A stretch of DNA of 26,781 nucleotides from Betaproteobacteria bacterium (GTDB lineage Bacteria > Pseudomonadota > Gammaproteobacteria > Burkholderiales > Burkholderiaceae_C), in contig VBDL01000058.1 of NCBI GenBank assembly GCA_005884255.1, positions 1 through 26,781 on the forward strand, read 5' to 3'. Position numbers and translations under genes: made by a program. Below, one piece after another: positions 10,601 to 21,270 of this stretch (its first letter is position 1; every line of letters starts with the position of its first letter). Under the pieces are notes generated by a model that saw nothing but the letters and a program-made list of their open reading frames with translations, was not told the DNA's origin and searched no databases.

Positions 10601-12193
10601 TTACTTGAAGTGGACCTCATCGTAGGGCGACATCGGGCCCCAGATCGAGGTCGGCACGTTGGCGAGCTTCTTGCTGGCCGCCGTGTGGTACGGGATCTGG
10701 TTGATGAAGACGATCGGCAGCTCGTCGGTCACCACCTTCTGGAACGTGGCGTAGTAGGCCTTGCGCTTGACCGGGTCGAGCAGGCCGCCGGCGGTGTTGA
10801 GCAGGTCGTCGATCTGCGGGTTGCTGTACGACTGGGTGTTCGTCCAGACGATGGGCTTGATGTTGGTCGACAGGTAGGTGCGGTGCACGCCGATCACCGG
10901 GTCGCCCCAGTTGAAGACCGAGTCCATCGACATGTCGAAGTCCTTCGTGGCCATGCGCTTGGCCCAGGCCGGGAAGTCGGCCGAGGTGCGCACCTCGACC
11001 GCGATGCCGACCTTCTTGAGCTGCGTGCGGATGTACTCCGCGACGGTCTTCTGCTGGTCGTCGGCGCCGGGCAGGTAGTCGATGCTCAGCTTGAAGCGCT
11101 CGCCGTTCGCGCCGGCCTTGTAGCCCGCCGCGTCGAGCAGCTCGACGGCCTTCTTCAGGTCGACCGGGTAGCGCACCAGGTCATTGACCGCGAACGGGCT
11201 GCTCGCGACGATAGGCCCGTCCGCCGGTTTGGCGAAGCCCGCCATCAGCGCCTTGCTGATGAAGTTCTTGTCGAGGGTGTGCGCGATGGCCTTGCGCACC
11301 TTGACGTCCGACAGCGGCTTCTTCGTCAAGTTGAACGCGAGCCAGTTCAACGCGCCGATGCCTTCGTAGCCGGCGGGCGTGAGCTGCACCTGCGGATTCT
11401 TCGCCAGCCGCTGCAGGTCGGTGGGCACCGAAGCGAAGGGCAGCATCTGCAGGTCGCCGCGCTCGAGGCTCAGCATCAGGCTCGAGGTGTCGGGCGTGAT
11501 GTTCATGATCAGCTTGTCGAGGTAGGGCCGGCCGGCGATGAAGAACTTGTCGAAGCGCTCCATGACAACACGCTGACCGGGCTTGAACTCGACCAGCCTG
11601 AACGGGCCGGACCCCACGACGTTGGTGCTGTTGCGCGGATGGCTCTTCAGGTCCTGCCCGTCGCCGTAGACATGCTTGGGCAGGATCGGGCACAGCGCGG
11701 GCGACATGGCCAGCACGATCGCCGGATGCGGCGTGCTCATGCGGATGATGGCCGTTTGCGCGTCGGGCGTCTCGACCTTCTCGACCGGGCCCAGCATCGT
11801 GGTGAAGGGGTGGTTCGCCTTGATCGCCATGATGGAGAACGCCACGTCCTCCGAGGTGATGGGCTTGCCGTCGTGGAACACCGCGCCACGGCGCAGGTTC
11901 AGCGTCAGCGACTTGCCGTCGGGCGCGAGCGACCAGCTCTCGGCCAGGTACGGCTGCGCGTTCCACTTGTCGTCGAAGCGCAGCGGGCTCGCGAAGAGCT
12001 GGGTGGATGGCAGCGCGGTGGCGATGCCCGACTGCACCGCGCCGTTGAGATGGCGCGGCGACTGCGTGCTGCCGAAGACCAGCGTGCCGCCGCGCTTGGG
12101 CTCCTCGGCGGCCGCCGGCCAGGCGATGGCGGCGGCGAGAAGGGCCATCGCGGCCAGCGCACGGCGCCGTGCGAAGGGCAGGGAAACAGGCAT
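10601..12193 (-). CDS. ABC substrate-binding protein, family 5 (NaaA-like position)
   Basis: GAGGAGA SD before ATG 12193, signal peptide (RRRALAAMALLAAAIAWPAAA), and PYLAESW, FHDGKPITSEDV, VGSGPF motifs. Confidence 0.95.
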   Translation of the reverse strand: MPVSLPFARRRALAAMALLAAAIAWPAAAEEPKRGGTLVFGSTQSPRHLNGAVQSGIATALPSTQLFASPLRFDDKWNAQPYLAESWSLAPDGKSLTLNLRRGAVFHDGKPITSEDVAFSIMAIKANHPFTTMLGPVEKVETPDAQTAIIRMSTPHPAIVLAMSPALCPILPKHVYGDGQDLKSHPRNSTNVVGSGPFRLVEFKPGQRVVMERFDKFFIAGRPYLDKLIMNITPDTSSLMLSLERGDLQMLPFASVPTDLQRLAKNPQVQLTPAGYEGIGALNWLAFNLTKKPLSDVKVRKAIAHTLDKNFISKALMAGFAKPADGPIVASSPFAVNDLVRYPVDLKKAVELLDAAGYKAGANGERFKLSIDYLPGADDQQKTVAEYIRTQLKKVGIAVEVRTSADFPAWAKRMATKDFDMSMDSVFNWGDPVIGVHRTYLSTNIKPIVWTNTQSYSNPQIDDLLNTAGGLLDPVKRKAYYATFQKVVTDELPIVFINQIPYHTAASKKLANVPTSIWGPMSPYDEVHFK

Positions 12194-12221
12194 CGAAGGT
12201 CTCCTCAACAACGTCGCCCCA

Positions 12222-12280
12222 ACGATAGGCAGACGCCGCCGCACGCCATAGGTCCACGCCTGCGCATTCGATGGAACCAG
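12222..12280 (-). promoter_or_regulatory. Predicted TauR-activated promoter of the Dpp/amidohydrolase operon
   Basis: CTGGTTCCAT (12280-12271) and GTGGACCTAT (12257-12248) are 23 bp apart; TATCGT at 12227-12222. Same geometry as the tauX and tauA promoters. Confidence 0.7.
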
Positions 12281-12311
12281 AGGCTAGTGGTTTGCCCCAT
12301 GTGCGGGCGGC

Positions 12312-12331
12312 GTGGGGTCCATTGACCCCAC
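12312..12331. terminator. GC-rich hairpin immediately after the sorB stop; possible terminator
   Basis: GTGGGGTC-4 nt-GACCCCAC, a perfect 8-bp stem 1 nt after TGA. No U-tract. Confidence 0.4.
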
Positions 12332-12332
12332 T

Positions 12333-12650
12333 TCAGCGCGCCGCGCCGCTCGCCGTGGCCACGTAGGCGGCAATGGCCTGGATCTGCGCCTCCGACAGCG
12401 TGGCCTTGTACGACGGCATGTTGCCCAGGCCGTTGCGCAGCGCGTTGGCCACGCGGGCGGCATCCGGCTTCAGTTCGTCGAGCACCGGGCCGACCGCGCC
12501 CTCGCTGCCGGCGTCCTTCAGCGTATGGCACAGCGCGCAGGCGGGCGTGGCCTGTTGAAGGAAGAGCTTCCTGCCGAGCGCGAGCTCGTCGTCGGCATGG
12601 GCCGGCCGCACGACGAGCCCGGCCACCGCGAACAACAGGGCGTATTTCAT
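12333..12650 (-). CDS. sorB: Periplasmic monoheme cytochrome c, sulfite dehydrogenase subunit B
   Basis: ATGA-coupled to sorA. Signal peptide MKYALLFAVAG..., heme motif CALCH, distal Met in GNMP; 105 aa. Confidence 0.88.
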   Translation of the reverse strand: MKYALLFAVAGLVVRPAHADDELALGRKLFLQQATPACALCHTLKDAGSEGAVGPVLDELKPDAARVANALRNGLGNMPSYKATLSEAQIQAIAAYVATASGAAR

Positions 12651-13815
12651 GCGACGTTCACCTTCATCGCGTGATCGTCCCAACTGGTGTTGCTGTAGCC
12701 GCTGACGTTCTCGACGCGCAGCTCGGGCTGCACGTTGCCGGCCGCATCGGTGGCGCGGCTGGCGAGCGTGTGGCTGCCCGGCGGCAGCGTCGCATCGATG
12801 ACGAACTGGCGCCACGCGAAGGCCCCGAGGTCCGGCCCGAAGAAGCGCGCTTCGCGCCAGGTCCGGCCGCCGTCGACGGACACCTCGACCTTCTTCACCG
12901 CATGCACGCCGCCGAACGCCACGCCGTGGATCTGCACCGCCCCGGCGGCCAGCGTGCCACTGTCGGGATGCGGCGAATTGATCCACGACTTGACGCCCAT
13001 CTCCAGCACCGAGGGCTGGCTCGGGTCGGCCTTGCCGCCGGGCGGCGTGACGCGGTAGCCGTGCGACATGATCTTGGCGTCGGTCTCGGTGGCCGTGAAC
13101 GCCAGGCGCTTGATGTACTTGATGTTGTTCACGCCCTGGTAGCCGGGCACGATGAGCCGCAGCGGCCCGCCGTGCGCCAGCGTGAGCGGCGCGCCATTCA
13201 TCTCCCACACCAGCATCGCGTCGGCCAGCGCCTTCAGCGGCACCGAGCGCTCGACGATGATGCTCTTCGGGTCCACGCCCTCGGGCAGCTTCTCGCCGCC
13301 GGTGCCGGTGACGTAGAGCATGCCGTCGGCCACGCCGCCGAGCGATCGCGCCACCGTCTTCAGCGGCACGCCGCTCCACAGCACGCAGCCGGCGGCGCCC
13401 ACGCTCCACGGCGTGCCGCTCGGCTTGCTGGGGAAGAAGCCGCGGCCGTTGCCCGAGCACTGCAGCACGGTGGCCACCGTCTCCAGGCCCAGCGCCTTCA
13501 GCTCGCGCAGCGTGAGGCGGCGCGGCTGCTTGACGCCCTCGATCGCGATCTCCCAAGCGTCGCGGTCGGACAGGATGGAGGCGTCCGGCGCCGGCAGGTT
13601 GTTGCGCACGTAGAGCTGGTCGGACGGCGTGATCACGTTTCGAGCGTGCTCGCGCTATGCACGATCAGCGCGTTCGCGTCCTTCCACGAGGCGTAGGCCG
13701 GCAGCGGCTTGGCGGCGGCCTGTGCCGACGCATCGGTCCAGCGGCCGAGGCCGGCGGCGGCGAGCGCGCCGGCAGTGCCGGCCAGCAGGTGGCGGCGCTT
13801 CAGTGCAGGAGTCAC
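12647..13815 (-). pseudogene. sorA: Sulfite dehydrogenase molybdopterin subunit (sulfite oxidase family), frameshifted near 13635
   Basis: Tat signal MTPALKRRHLL... running to HSASTLET*. Continues in another frame as ITPSDQLYVRNN...LQCSGNGRG (Mo-binding Cys)...HGGPLRLIVPGY...KYIKR. Confidence 0.88.
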
Positions 13816-15230
13816 AGTCGTTCGTCCCTCAGGTGGTACCAGTGGTACAGCGCTCGCTGGCCCAGGCGCCGGAACGGCGCGAACGCGCGGCTCTCGACGA
13901 GGTTCAGCACGTTCGGGTACGGCAGCGGCGAGTTGTAGATCGGCAGCTCGAAGGCCTTGTCGTGCCGGCCGGCGATGCGCTGCGCCATGCGCCGCCCCGC
14001 ATGCGCCGAGAACGACACGCCGTTGCCGCCGTAGCCCAGCGCGTAGAACACCGATTGCTTCGCATCAGGCTGAAACACGCGCGGCATCATGTCGTGGCTC
14101 ACGTCGACCCAGCCCCACCAGGAGTGGTCGATGGCGATGCCTTTGAGCGCCGGGAACTTGCGGTGCAGGCCGTCGACCAGCACCTGCATGTGGCGCGGGT
14201 TGGGCGCGTCGGCGCCGGTGATCGAGCTGCGGCTGCCGATCTGCACGCGGTTGTCGGGCAGCTTGCGGTAGTAGAAGCGCAGCGTGCGCGTGTCGGTGAT
14301 GAAGATGCTGGTGCGGAAATTGGTCGCCGCGAGTTCGTCGTCGGTGAGCGGCCGCGTCACGAGCGAGTTCGACAGGATCGGCATGATCTTCGAGTCGAGG
14401 CTCGGGTGCAGCCCGTTGCTCGTGTAGCCGCCGGTGGCGAAGCCGACCGCGCGGGCGCGCACGATGCCGCCGGGGGTCTTCAGGTAGTGCACGCCGTTGC
14501 GCGTCTCGAAGCCGGTCACCGGGCTCGCCGGATGCACGCGCACGCCGAGCTCGCGCGCGCGGCGCAGGTAGCCGTGCGCGAGCTTCAGCGGGTGCACGCC
14601 CACGCCGTCGGGCTCCAGCAGCGCGCCGCAGGCCTCGGCCTCGCTCACGTAGTCGCGCCGCAGCTCCTGCGCGCTGAGCATGCGCGTGTCGTAGCCGAAC
14701 ACCTCGCGCATGACCTTCGCTTCGTTGCGCAGGAAGTCCATCTTCTTCTCGCGGTGCGCCACGTAGAGGTGGCCACCGGGCTGCGCGTCGCAGGGGAACT
14801 CGGCGACCAGGCTCTTGAAGGTCTCATAGCCCTGGCGGATCTCGGCGTCGAGCTTGAGCGCCGTCTCGCGGCCCCAGCGGGCTATCCACTGCGAGCGGTA
14901 AAGCCGCCCGCTCGCGTTCTGGCCCTGGCCGCCGTTGCGGCTGGTGCAGCCCCAGATGCTGCGGTTGGCCTCCAGCACGGTGGCGCGGATGCCGTGCTCG
15001 CGTGCGAGGAACAGCGCGGTGGCGAGCCCCGTGAAGCCGGAGCCGACGATCACCACGTCGGCGTCGATGTCGTGCGTGATCGGGCCGTCGTCCTCGGGCG
15101 GCGTGCCCGCGCTCGCCACCCAGTAGGTGGGCGCGTAGTCGTGGCCGCGGCCGGGGTGGGGTGCGACCAGCGGGTCGTAGCGCGGGTCGTAGTCGGCGAT
15201 CGGGGTCAGGTGGCGGCGCGCGATGTCCAT
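13812..15230 (-). CDS. tauY: Taurine dehydrogenase large subunit (DAO-family FAD oxidoreductase)
   Basis: VIVGSGFTGL FAD motif, TSRNGGQ, YALGYGGNGV; 472 aa; adjacent to an NTF2-like gene and tauR. Confidence 0.85.
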   Translation of the reverse strand: MDIARRHLTPIADYDPRYDPLVAPHPGRGHDYAPTYWVASAGTPPEDDGPITHDIDADVVIVGSGFTGLATALFLAREHGIRATVLEANRSIWGCTSRNGGQGQNASGRLYRSQWIARWGRETALKLDAEIRQGYETFKSLVAEFPCDAQPGGHLYVAHREKKMDFLRNEAKVMREVFGYDTRMLSAQELRRDYVSEAEACGALLEPDGVGVHPLKLAHGYLRRARELGVRVHPASPVTGFETRNGVHYLKTPGGIVRARAVGFATGGYTSNGLHPSLDSKIMPILSNSLVTRPLTDDELAATNFRTSIFITDTRTLRFYYRKLPDNRVQIGSRSSITGADAPNPRHMQVLVDGLHRKFPALKGIAIDHSWWGWVDVSHDMMPRVFQPDAKQSVFYALGYGGNGVSFSAHAGRRMAQRIAGRHDKAFELPIYNSPLPYPNVLNLVESRAFAPFRRLGQRALYHWYHLRDERL

Positions 15231-15234
15231 GGCA

Positions 15235-15618
15235 TCAATCCTTCAGGGCCGGGCGGTCCTTGCGGAACGCGTTCTTCACTGCGATGCGGCCGTCGCGGAA
15301 GGTGAACAGGTCGCAGCCGTCGGCCTCGACGCGCGTGCCGTCGGCCTTGGTGCCGGTGAACGTCCATTCCGACACGCCAAGGTCGCCGTGCACGAAGTGG
15401 CGGCCGTTGCGCCATTGCGCGTCGGGGAAGCTGGCCCAGGCCTGCGCGAAGGCGGCGCGCACGGCCTCGCGGCCGGCATGGCGCGTGCCGCAGCGCTCGG
15501 GGCCGGCGGCGCTCTGGAACACGCAATCGTCGGTCATGAACGACATCAGCGCGTCGATGTCGTGGCGGTTCCAGGCGTCGGTGAAGGCTTGAAGGAAGTC
15601 GGCGTCGATCGCGGGCAT
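15235..15618 (-). CDS. tauX: Taurine dehydrogenase small subunit (NTF2/SnoaL-like fold)
   Basis: AWNRHDIDALMSFMTDDCVF...SEWTFTGT...GCDLFTFRDGRIAVKNAFRKDRP; 127 aa; directly upstream of tauY. Confidence 0.85.
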   Translation of the reverse strand: MPAIDADFLQAFTDAWNRHDIDALMSFMTDDCVFQSAAGPERCGTRHAGREAVRAAFAQAWASFPDAQWRNGRHFVHGDLGVSEWTFTGTKADGTRVEADGCDLFTFRDGRIAVKNAFRKDRPALKD

Positions 15619-15645
15619 GGTGGGTCCTCGGGTTCCGATGCGTGC

Positions 15646-15704
15646 AGCGTAGGAGCTGCGCGCAGCGGGCCGTAGCGCCAGATGCCCGGATTCGGTAGAG
15701 CCAG
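15646..15704 (-). promoter_or_regulatory. Predicted TauR-activated promoter of tauXY-sorAB
   Basis: CTGGCTCTAC (15704-15695) and CTGGCGCTAC (15681-15672) are 23 bp apart; TACGCT at 15651-15646. Confidence 0.78.
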
Positions 15705-15714
15705 TCGGCCGCCG

Positions 15715-17211
<1,497 letters not shown>

Positions 17212-17241
17212 GGCGCTTCTCTCATGGTTTTCCCGATGTGA

Positions 17242-17300
17242 TTGGTCTCAGTGAAACCCGGGAACTGGCACTACAGCCAAAGAAGAGGGCCGCCCACACT
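17242..17300 (+). promoter_or_regulatory. Predicted TauR-activated promoter of tauABC; overlaps the divergent tauR upstream region
   Basis: TTGGTCTCAG (17242) and CTGGCACTAC (17265) are 23 bp apart; CACACT at 17295-17300. Confidence 0.72.
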
Positions 17301-17326
17301 GCATCGCACGTAACCAGGAGACCGAC

Positions 17327-18343
17327 ATGACGAGGATAAGACAACTGCTTGGCAAGACCGTGCTGGCGATCGGCCTGTTGCCCTTGGGCGCCTCGGCTCA
17401 GACCAAGGAAGTCACCATCGCCTACCAGCAGATCGCCGGGCCGCTGGTGGTAGCGATCGCCAACGGCAGCGTCGAGAAGGCCACCGGATACAAGGTGAAC
17501 TGGCGGCAGTTCGAATCGGGCGCCAAGGTCGCCACGGCGATGGCCTCCGGCGACGTGCAGATCGGCGTCATCGGCTCCAGCCCGCTGGCCGCTGCGGTGA
17601 GCCGCGGGCTGGACCTGCAGCTCTTCTGGATCCTCGATGACATCAATGAGGCCGAGGCGCTGGTGGTGCGCAACGGTTCGGGCATCGTCAAGCCGGCGGA
17701 CCTGAAGGGCAAGAAGCTCGGCGTGCCGTTCGTCTCGACGACGCACTTCCACACCATGTTCGCGCTCGAGACCTGGGGCATCAAGCCGAGCGAGCTGCAG
17801 ATCCTGAACATGCAGCCCAACCAGATTGCCGCCGCATGGCAGCGCGGCGACATCGACGCCGCCTTCGTGTGGGACCCGGCGCTGGCGCGCATCAAGCAGA
17901 CCGGCAAGGTGCTGATCACCTCCGGCGAGCTGAGCAAGAAAGGCAAGGCCACCTTCGACGGCATCGCCGCCAACCGCGCCTGGGCCGAGGCCAACGCCGA
18001 CTTCATGGTCAAGCTGGTGAAAGTGATCGCCGATGCCGACGCGTCGTACCGCGCGAATCCTGCTGCCTGGGGCGCAGACTCGGTGGCGGCCAAGACGGTC
18101 GCCAGCAAGATCGGCGGCGAGCCCAAGGAGATCGCCGACGCGCTGAAGCTCTATGCCTACCCGAGCGCTGAGCAGCAGGCCTCGGCGGCGTGGCTGGGCG
18201 GCGGCAAGGACGGCGGCGCCGCTCGCGCGCTGAAGGCCACCGCGGACTTCCTGCTCGAGCAAAAGCGCATCGACGCGGTCGCAGCGGACTACAGTCGTTA
18301 TGTCACGCCGAAGTACGCCGACGCGGCGCTCAAGCTGAAGTAA
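17327..18343 (+). CDS. tauA: Taurine ABC transporter substrate-binding protein
   Basis: AGGAG SD, signal peptide, [36 protein letters not shown]. Confidence 0.92.
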   Translation: MTRIRQLLGKTVLAIGLLPLGASAQTKEVTIAYQQIAGPLVVAIANGSVEKATGYKVNWRQFESGAKVATAMASGDVQIGVIGSSPLAAAVSRGLDLQLFWILDDINEAEALVVRNGSGIVKPADLKGKKLGVPFVSTTHFHTMFALETWGIKPSELQILNMQPNQIAAAWQRGDIDAAFVWDPALARIKQTGKVLITSGELSKKGKATFDGIAANRAWAEANADFMVKLVKVIADADASYRANPAAWGADSVAAKTVASKIGGEPKEIADALKLYAYPSAEQQASAAWLGGGKDGGAARALKATADFLLEQKRIDAVAADYSRYVTPKYADAALKLK

Positions 18344-18353
18344 GGAGGCCCTC

Positions 18354-19130
18354 ATGGCCAACGAACAACTGCAGGTCAATGGCGTGAGCGTCATCTACCC
18401 GGGACGCACGCCGATCGAGCGGGTCCATGCGCTCGACAACATCGACCTGACGATCGACCGCGGCGACTTCGTCGTCGCGCTGGGCGCCTCAGGCTGCGGC
18501 AAGACCACCCTGCTCAGCCTGATGGCCGGCTTCATCTCCCCGTCGCGCGGCGAGTTGCTGCTCGGCGGCCGGCCGGTGCAAGGGCCGGGCTCGGACCGCG
18601 GCGTGGTGTTCCAGAAGCACGCGCTGCTGCCCTGGCTGAGCGTGATGGAGAACACCGAGTTCGGCCTCAAGCTGCAGGGCGTGCCGAAGGCCGAGCGGCG
18701 CGAGATCGCCGCGCGCAACCTGGCGCTCGTGGGCCTGCAGGACTTTCACCAGCACATGATCTACCAGCTGTCGGGCGGCATGCAGCAGCGCGTGGGCATC
18801 GCCCGCGCGCTGACCTGCAACCCGGCGATGCTGCTGATGGACGAGCCGATGGCGGCGCTGGACGCGCTGACGCGCGAGACCATCCAGGAGCTGCTGCTGG
18901 ACGTGTGGCAGAAGACACGCAAGATGTTCTTCTTCATCACGCACAGCGTCGAAGAGGCGCTGTTCCTCGCCAGCCACCTGATCGTCATGTCGCCGCGCCC
19001 GGGGCGCATCACGCACCGCTACGAGCTGGACTTCAACCAGCGCTTCCTGCAGACGCGCGACGCGCGCGCGGTGAAGTCGAGCCCCGACTTCATCGCCGGA
19101 GTAGCCCACAAGGAGGTGGCCCATGTCTGA
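18354..19130 (+). CDS. tauB: Taurine ABC transporter ATP-binding protein (C-terminus possibly shortened)
   Basis: [43 protein letters not shown]. Confidence 0.92.
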   Translation: MANEQLQVNGVSVIYPGRTPIERVHALDNIDLTIDRGDFVVALGASGCGKTTLLSLMAGFISPSRGELLLGGRPVQGPGSDRGVVFQKHALLPWLSVMENTEFGLKLQGVPKAERREIAARNLALVGLQDFHQHMIYQLSGGMQQRVGIARALTCNPAMLLMDEPMAALDALTRETIQELLLDVWQKTRKMFFFITHSVEEALFLASHLIVMSPRPGRITHRYELDFNQRFLQTRDARAVKSSPDFIAGVAHKEVAHV

Positions 19131-19998
19131 CATCGCTCATCGCCCGCCGCGCATCATGGCCACGCCCGGCTTCCTGTCCCGACTGTTCGCCAAGCGCTCG
19201 GTCAAGCCCGGCGAGCATTTCGGCGCACCGGGGCAAGGCCACAGCGGCGCCATCAGCACCCTCACCGTGCTGGCGCTGATCGCGCTGTGGGTGCTGGTCA
19301 CCAACGCCGGGTGGGTCAAGCCGCTGTTCCTGCCGTCGCCGCAAGCGGTGCTTGCGAAGTTCGTGCAGGTGTGGAGCGAAGGCTTCGCCGGAGCCACGTT
19401 GCTGCAGCACACCTGGACCAGCCTGTACCGCGTGTTCGGCGCCTTCGCGCTGGCCTGCGCGACGGCCATCCCGATCGGCGTGCTCATGGGCGTGAGCCGC
19501 GTCGCGCGCGGCGTGTTCGATCCGCCGATCGAGTTCTACCGACCGCTGCCGCCGCTGGCCTACCTGCCGATGGTCATCATCTGGTTCGGCATCGGCGAGT
19601 TCTCGAAGGTCTACCTGATCTTCCTCGCGATCTTCGCGCCGATGGCAATCGCCGCCCGCTCGGGCGTGCGCTCGGTGTCGATCGAGCAGATCCACGCTGC
19701 GTACTCGATGGGTGCCACGCGCATGCAGGTGATCCGCCACGTGATCCTGAAGTCGGCGCTGCCGGAGATCTTCACCGGCATGCGCATCGGCATCGGCGTG
19801 GGCTGGACCACGCTGGTGGCCGGCGAGATGGTGGCCTCCACGCGCGGCCTCGGCTTCATGGTGCTCAACGCCGCGGAGTTCCTCGCCAGCGACGTGGTGG
19901 TCATGGGCATCATCGTGATCGGCCTGTTCGCCTTCGCCTTCGACCTGCTGATGCGGCATCTCGAGAAAGTTCTGGTGCCGTGGAAAGGGAAGGTCTGA
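19123..19998 (+). CDS. tauC: Taurine ABC transporter permease
   Basis: [26 protein letters not shown] (EAA loop), [10 protein letters not shown]. Confidence 0.92.
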   Translation: MSDIAHRPPRIMATPGFLSRLFAKRSVKPGEHFGAPGQGHSGAISTLTVLALIALWVLVTNAGWVKPLFLPSPQAVLAKFVQVWSEGFAGATLLQHTWTSLYRVFGAFALACATAIPIGVLMGVSRVARGVFDPPIEFYRPLPPLAYLPMVIIWFGIGEFSKVYLIFLAIFAPMAIAARSGVRSVSIEQIHAAYSMGATRMQVIRHVILKSALPEIFTGMRIGIGVGWTTLVAGEMVASTRGLGFMVLNAAEFLASDVVVMGIIVIGLFAFAFDLLMRHLEKVLVPWKGKV

Positions 19999-20017
19999 GC
20001 ACGGGGACGGGGGCGGC

Positions 20018-20782
20018 GTGACTATCGCCTCGGCCGTCCTCACCTACCCGCTGTTCGCAGCCTGCGTCGCCCTGGCGACCTATGCGCAGAACCTCACCGG
20101 CTTCGCCTTCGCGCTGATCCTGCTCGGGCTGGTCAGCGCGTTGAACCTGGCGTCGGTGGTCGACGCGGCCAACGCCGCCACGCTGCTGACGCTCCTCAAC
20201 GCGGGCATCCACTTCCGGCTGCACCGGCTCACGCCGCAGTGGCGCATCATGCGGCCCGCGCTGGCCACGAGCCTCGTCGGCGTGGTGCTCGGCGTGGCAC
20301 TGCTCGCCTGGTTGAGCGGCAATGCGGTGCAGGCCCTGCGCGGCCTGCTGGGCGTGGTGATCATGGCCTGCGCAGTGCTGCTGCTGTTGAACGGGAGGCC
20401 ACGCGCGACGCTGTCGGGCCCCGGCCCTTTTGCGCTGGCGGGCGTGGTGTCCGGTGTCATGGGCGGGCTCTTCTCGAGCCCCGGGCCACCGCTCGTCTAC
20501 CACATGTACCGGCAACCGCTGGAGCGCTGGGTGGTGATGCAGTGCCTGCTGCTCGTGTTCACGGTGAATGCGGCGCTGCGGCTGGTGCTGGTGATCGTCG
20601 CGGGCGAGATGTCGCTGCGCTCACTTGCGCTCAGTGCCTGCGCCGTTCCCGCCGTGGTTCTGGTGAACCGCTGGCATCACCGGCGTCCGCCCGGCTTCAG
20701 CGCCGACACGGTGCGGCGCCTGGTCGGCGGCCTGCTCGTGCTGGCAGGCCTGGCACTCGTGGGCACCGCGGGGGTACTATGA
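20018..20782 (+). CDS. tauE: TauE/SafE (TSUP) family sulfite exporter
   Basis: GTG start, multiple TM helices, TGFAFAL and GGLFSSPGPPLV motifs; follows tauC. Confidence 0.75.
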   Translation: MTIASAVLTYPLFAACVALATYAQNLTGFAFALILLGLVSALNLASVVDAANAATLLTLLNAGIHFRLHRLTPQWRIMRPALATSLVGVVLGVALLAWLSGNAVQALRGLLGVVIMACAVLLLLNGRPRATLSGPGPFALAGVVSGVMGGLFSSPGPPLVYHMYRQPLERWVVMQCLLLVFTVNAALRLVLVIVAGEMSLRSLALSACAVPAVVLVNRWHHRRPPGFSADTVRRLVGGLLVLAGLALVGTAGVL

Positions 20783-20834
20783 GCACACAAGTTGGTGCCC
20801 CCTTCGGGGCGTCGGCTTCGGGGGTGCGTCATGA
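20779..20834 (+). repeat. ATGA-bounded GC-rich hairpin spacer between tauE and the PilZ gene
   Basis: ATGA-GCACACAAGTTGGTGCCCCCTTCGGGGCGTCGGCTTCGGGGGTGCGTC-ATGA, containing GCCCC-CTTC-GGGGC. It begins with ATGAGCAC like the 7.6-kb element. Confidence 0.3.
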
Positions 20835-21262
20835 GGCAGTTCATCCGGCATCCGGTCGATGTGCCGGTCGACATCGGCACCAGCGGGTCGCGCGCCGCGT
20901 CGGCTCTTCACACCCATGACATCAGCCTGGGCGGCTTGGCCCTTCTGTCGAGCTTTGCGGTGCCGGCCGGCACCGATGTGGAGATCCGCATTGCCTACGT
21001 GCAACCTCCGTTCGCCGCACATGCGCGGGTGGCCTGGTGCCACGCGTACGGGGCCCAAGGCTTCGAGCTCGGGGTGACCTTCCACGATGCCGAGAGCGCC
21101 TTCCTCGCCCGCATGGTCGAGCAGGTCTGCCACATCGAGGACTACCGCAAATCGGTGCAGCGGCTCGAGGGGCGCGAACTCAGCTCGGAGGAGGCGGCCG
21201 TCGAGTGGATTGCCAGGCATGCCGCGGAGTTTCCGAGCATCGGCCCGTACCTCACGCACTAG
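20831..21262 (+). CDS. PilZ-domain c-di-GMP receptor with a C-terminal helical extension
   Basis: RQFIR (RxxxR) and DISLGG (DxSxxG); tail EQVCHIEDYRK...EEAAVEWI; 143 aa from ATG 20831. Confidence 0.85.
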   Translation: MRQFIRHPVDVPVDIGTSGSRAASALHTHDISLGGLALLSSFAVPAGTDVEIRIAYVQPPFAAHARVAWCHAYGAQGFELGVTFHDAESAFLARMVEQVCHIEDYRKSVQRLEGRELSSEEAAVEWIARHAAEFPSIGPYLTH

Positions 21263-21270
21263 AGGCCTCC

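Noticed and set aside
9857-12325. Long antisense ORFs (822 aa here; also 1623-2696, 4061-5242, 5618-7312, 7576-9192, 13629-15305, 15682-17241, 21673-23685)
   Set aside because: Shadow frames of real genes. Strong GC3 bias removes stop codons on the opposite strand, and the translations show no family motifs.
12333-13556. 407-aa ORF ending in a cytochrome c; similar N-terminal extensions on 7633-9399, 8664-10094, 21037-23679, 24081-25397 and 25419-26222
   Set aside because: The extensions overlap upstream genes out of frame. Internal starts with an SD or a stop/start overlap give normal family lengths.
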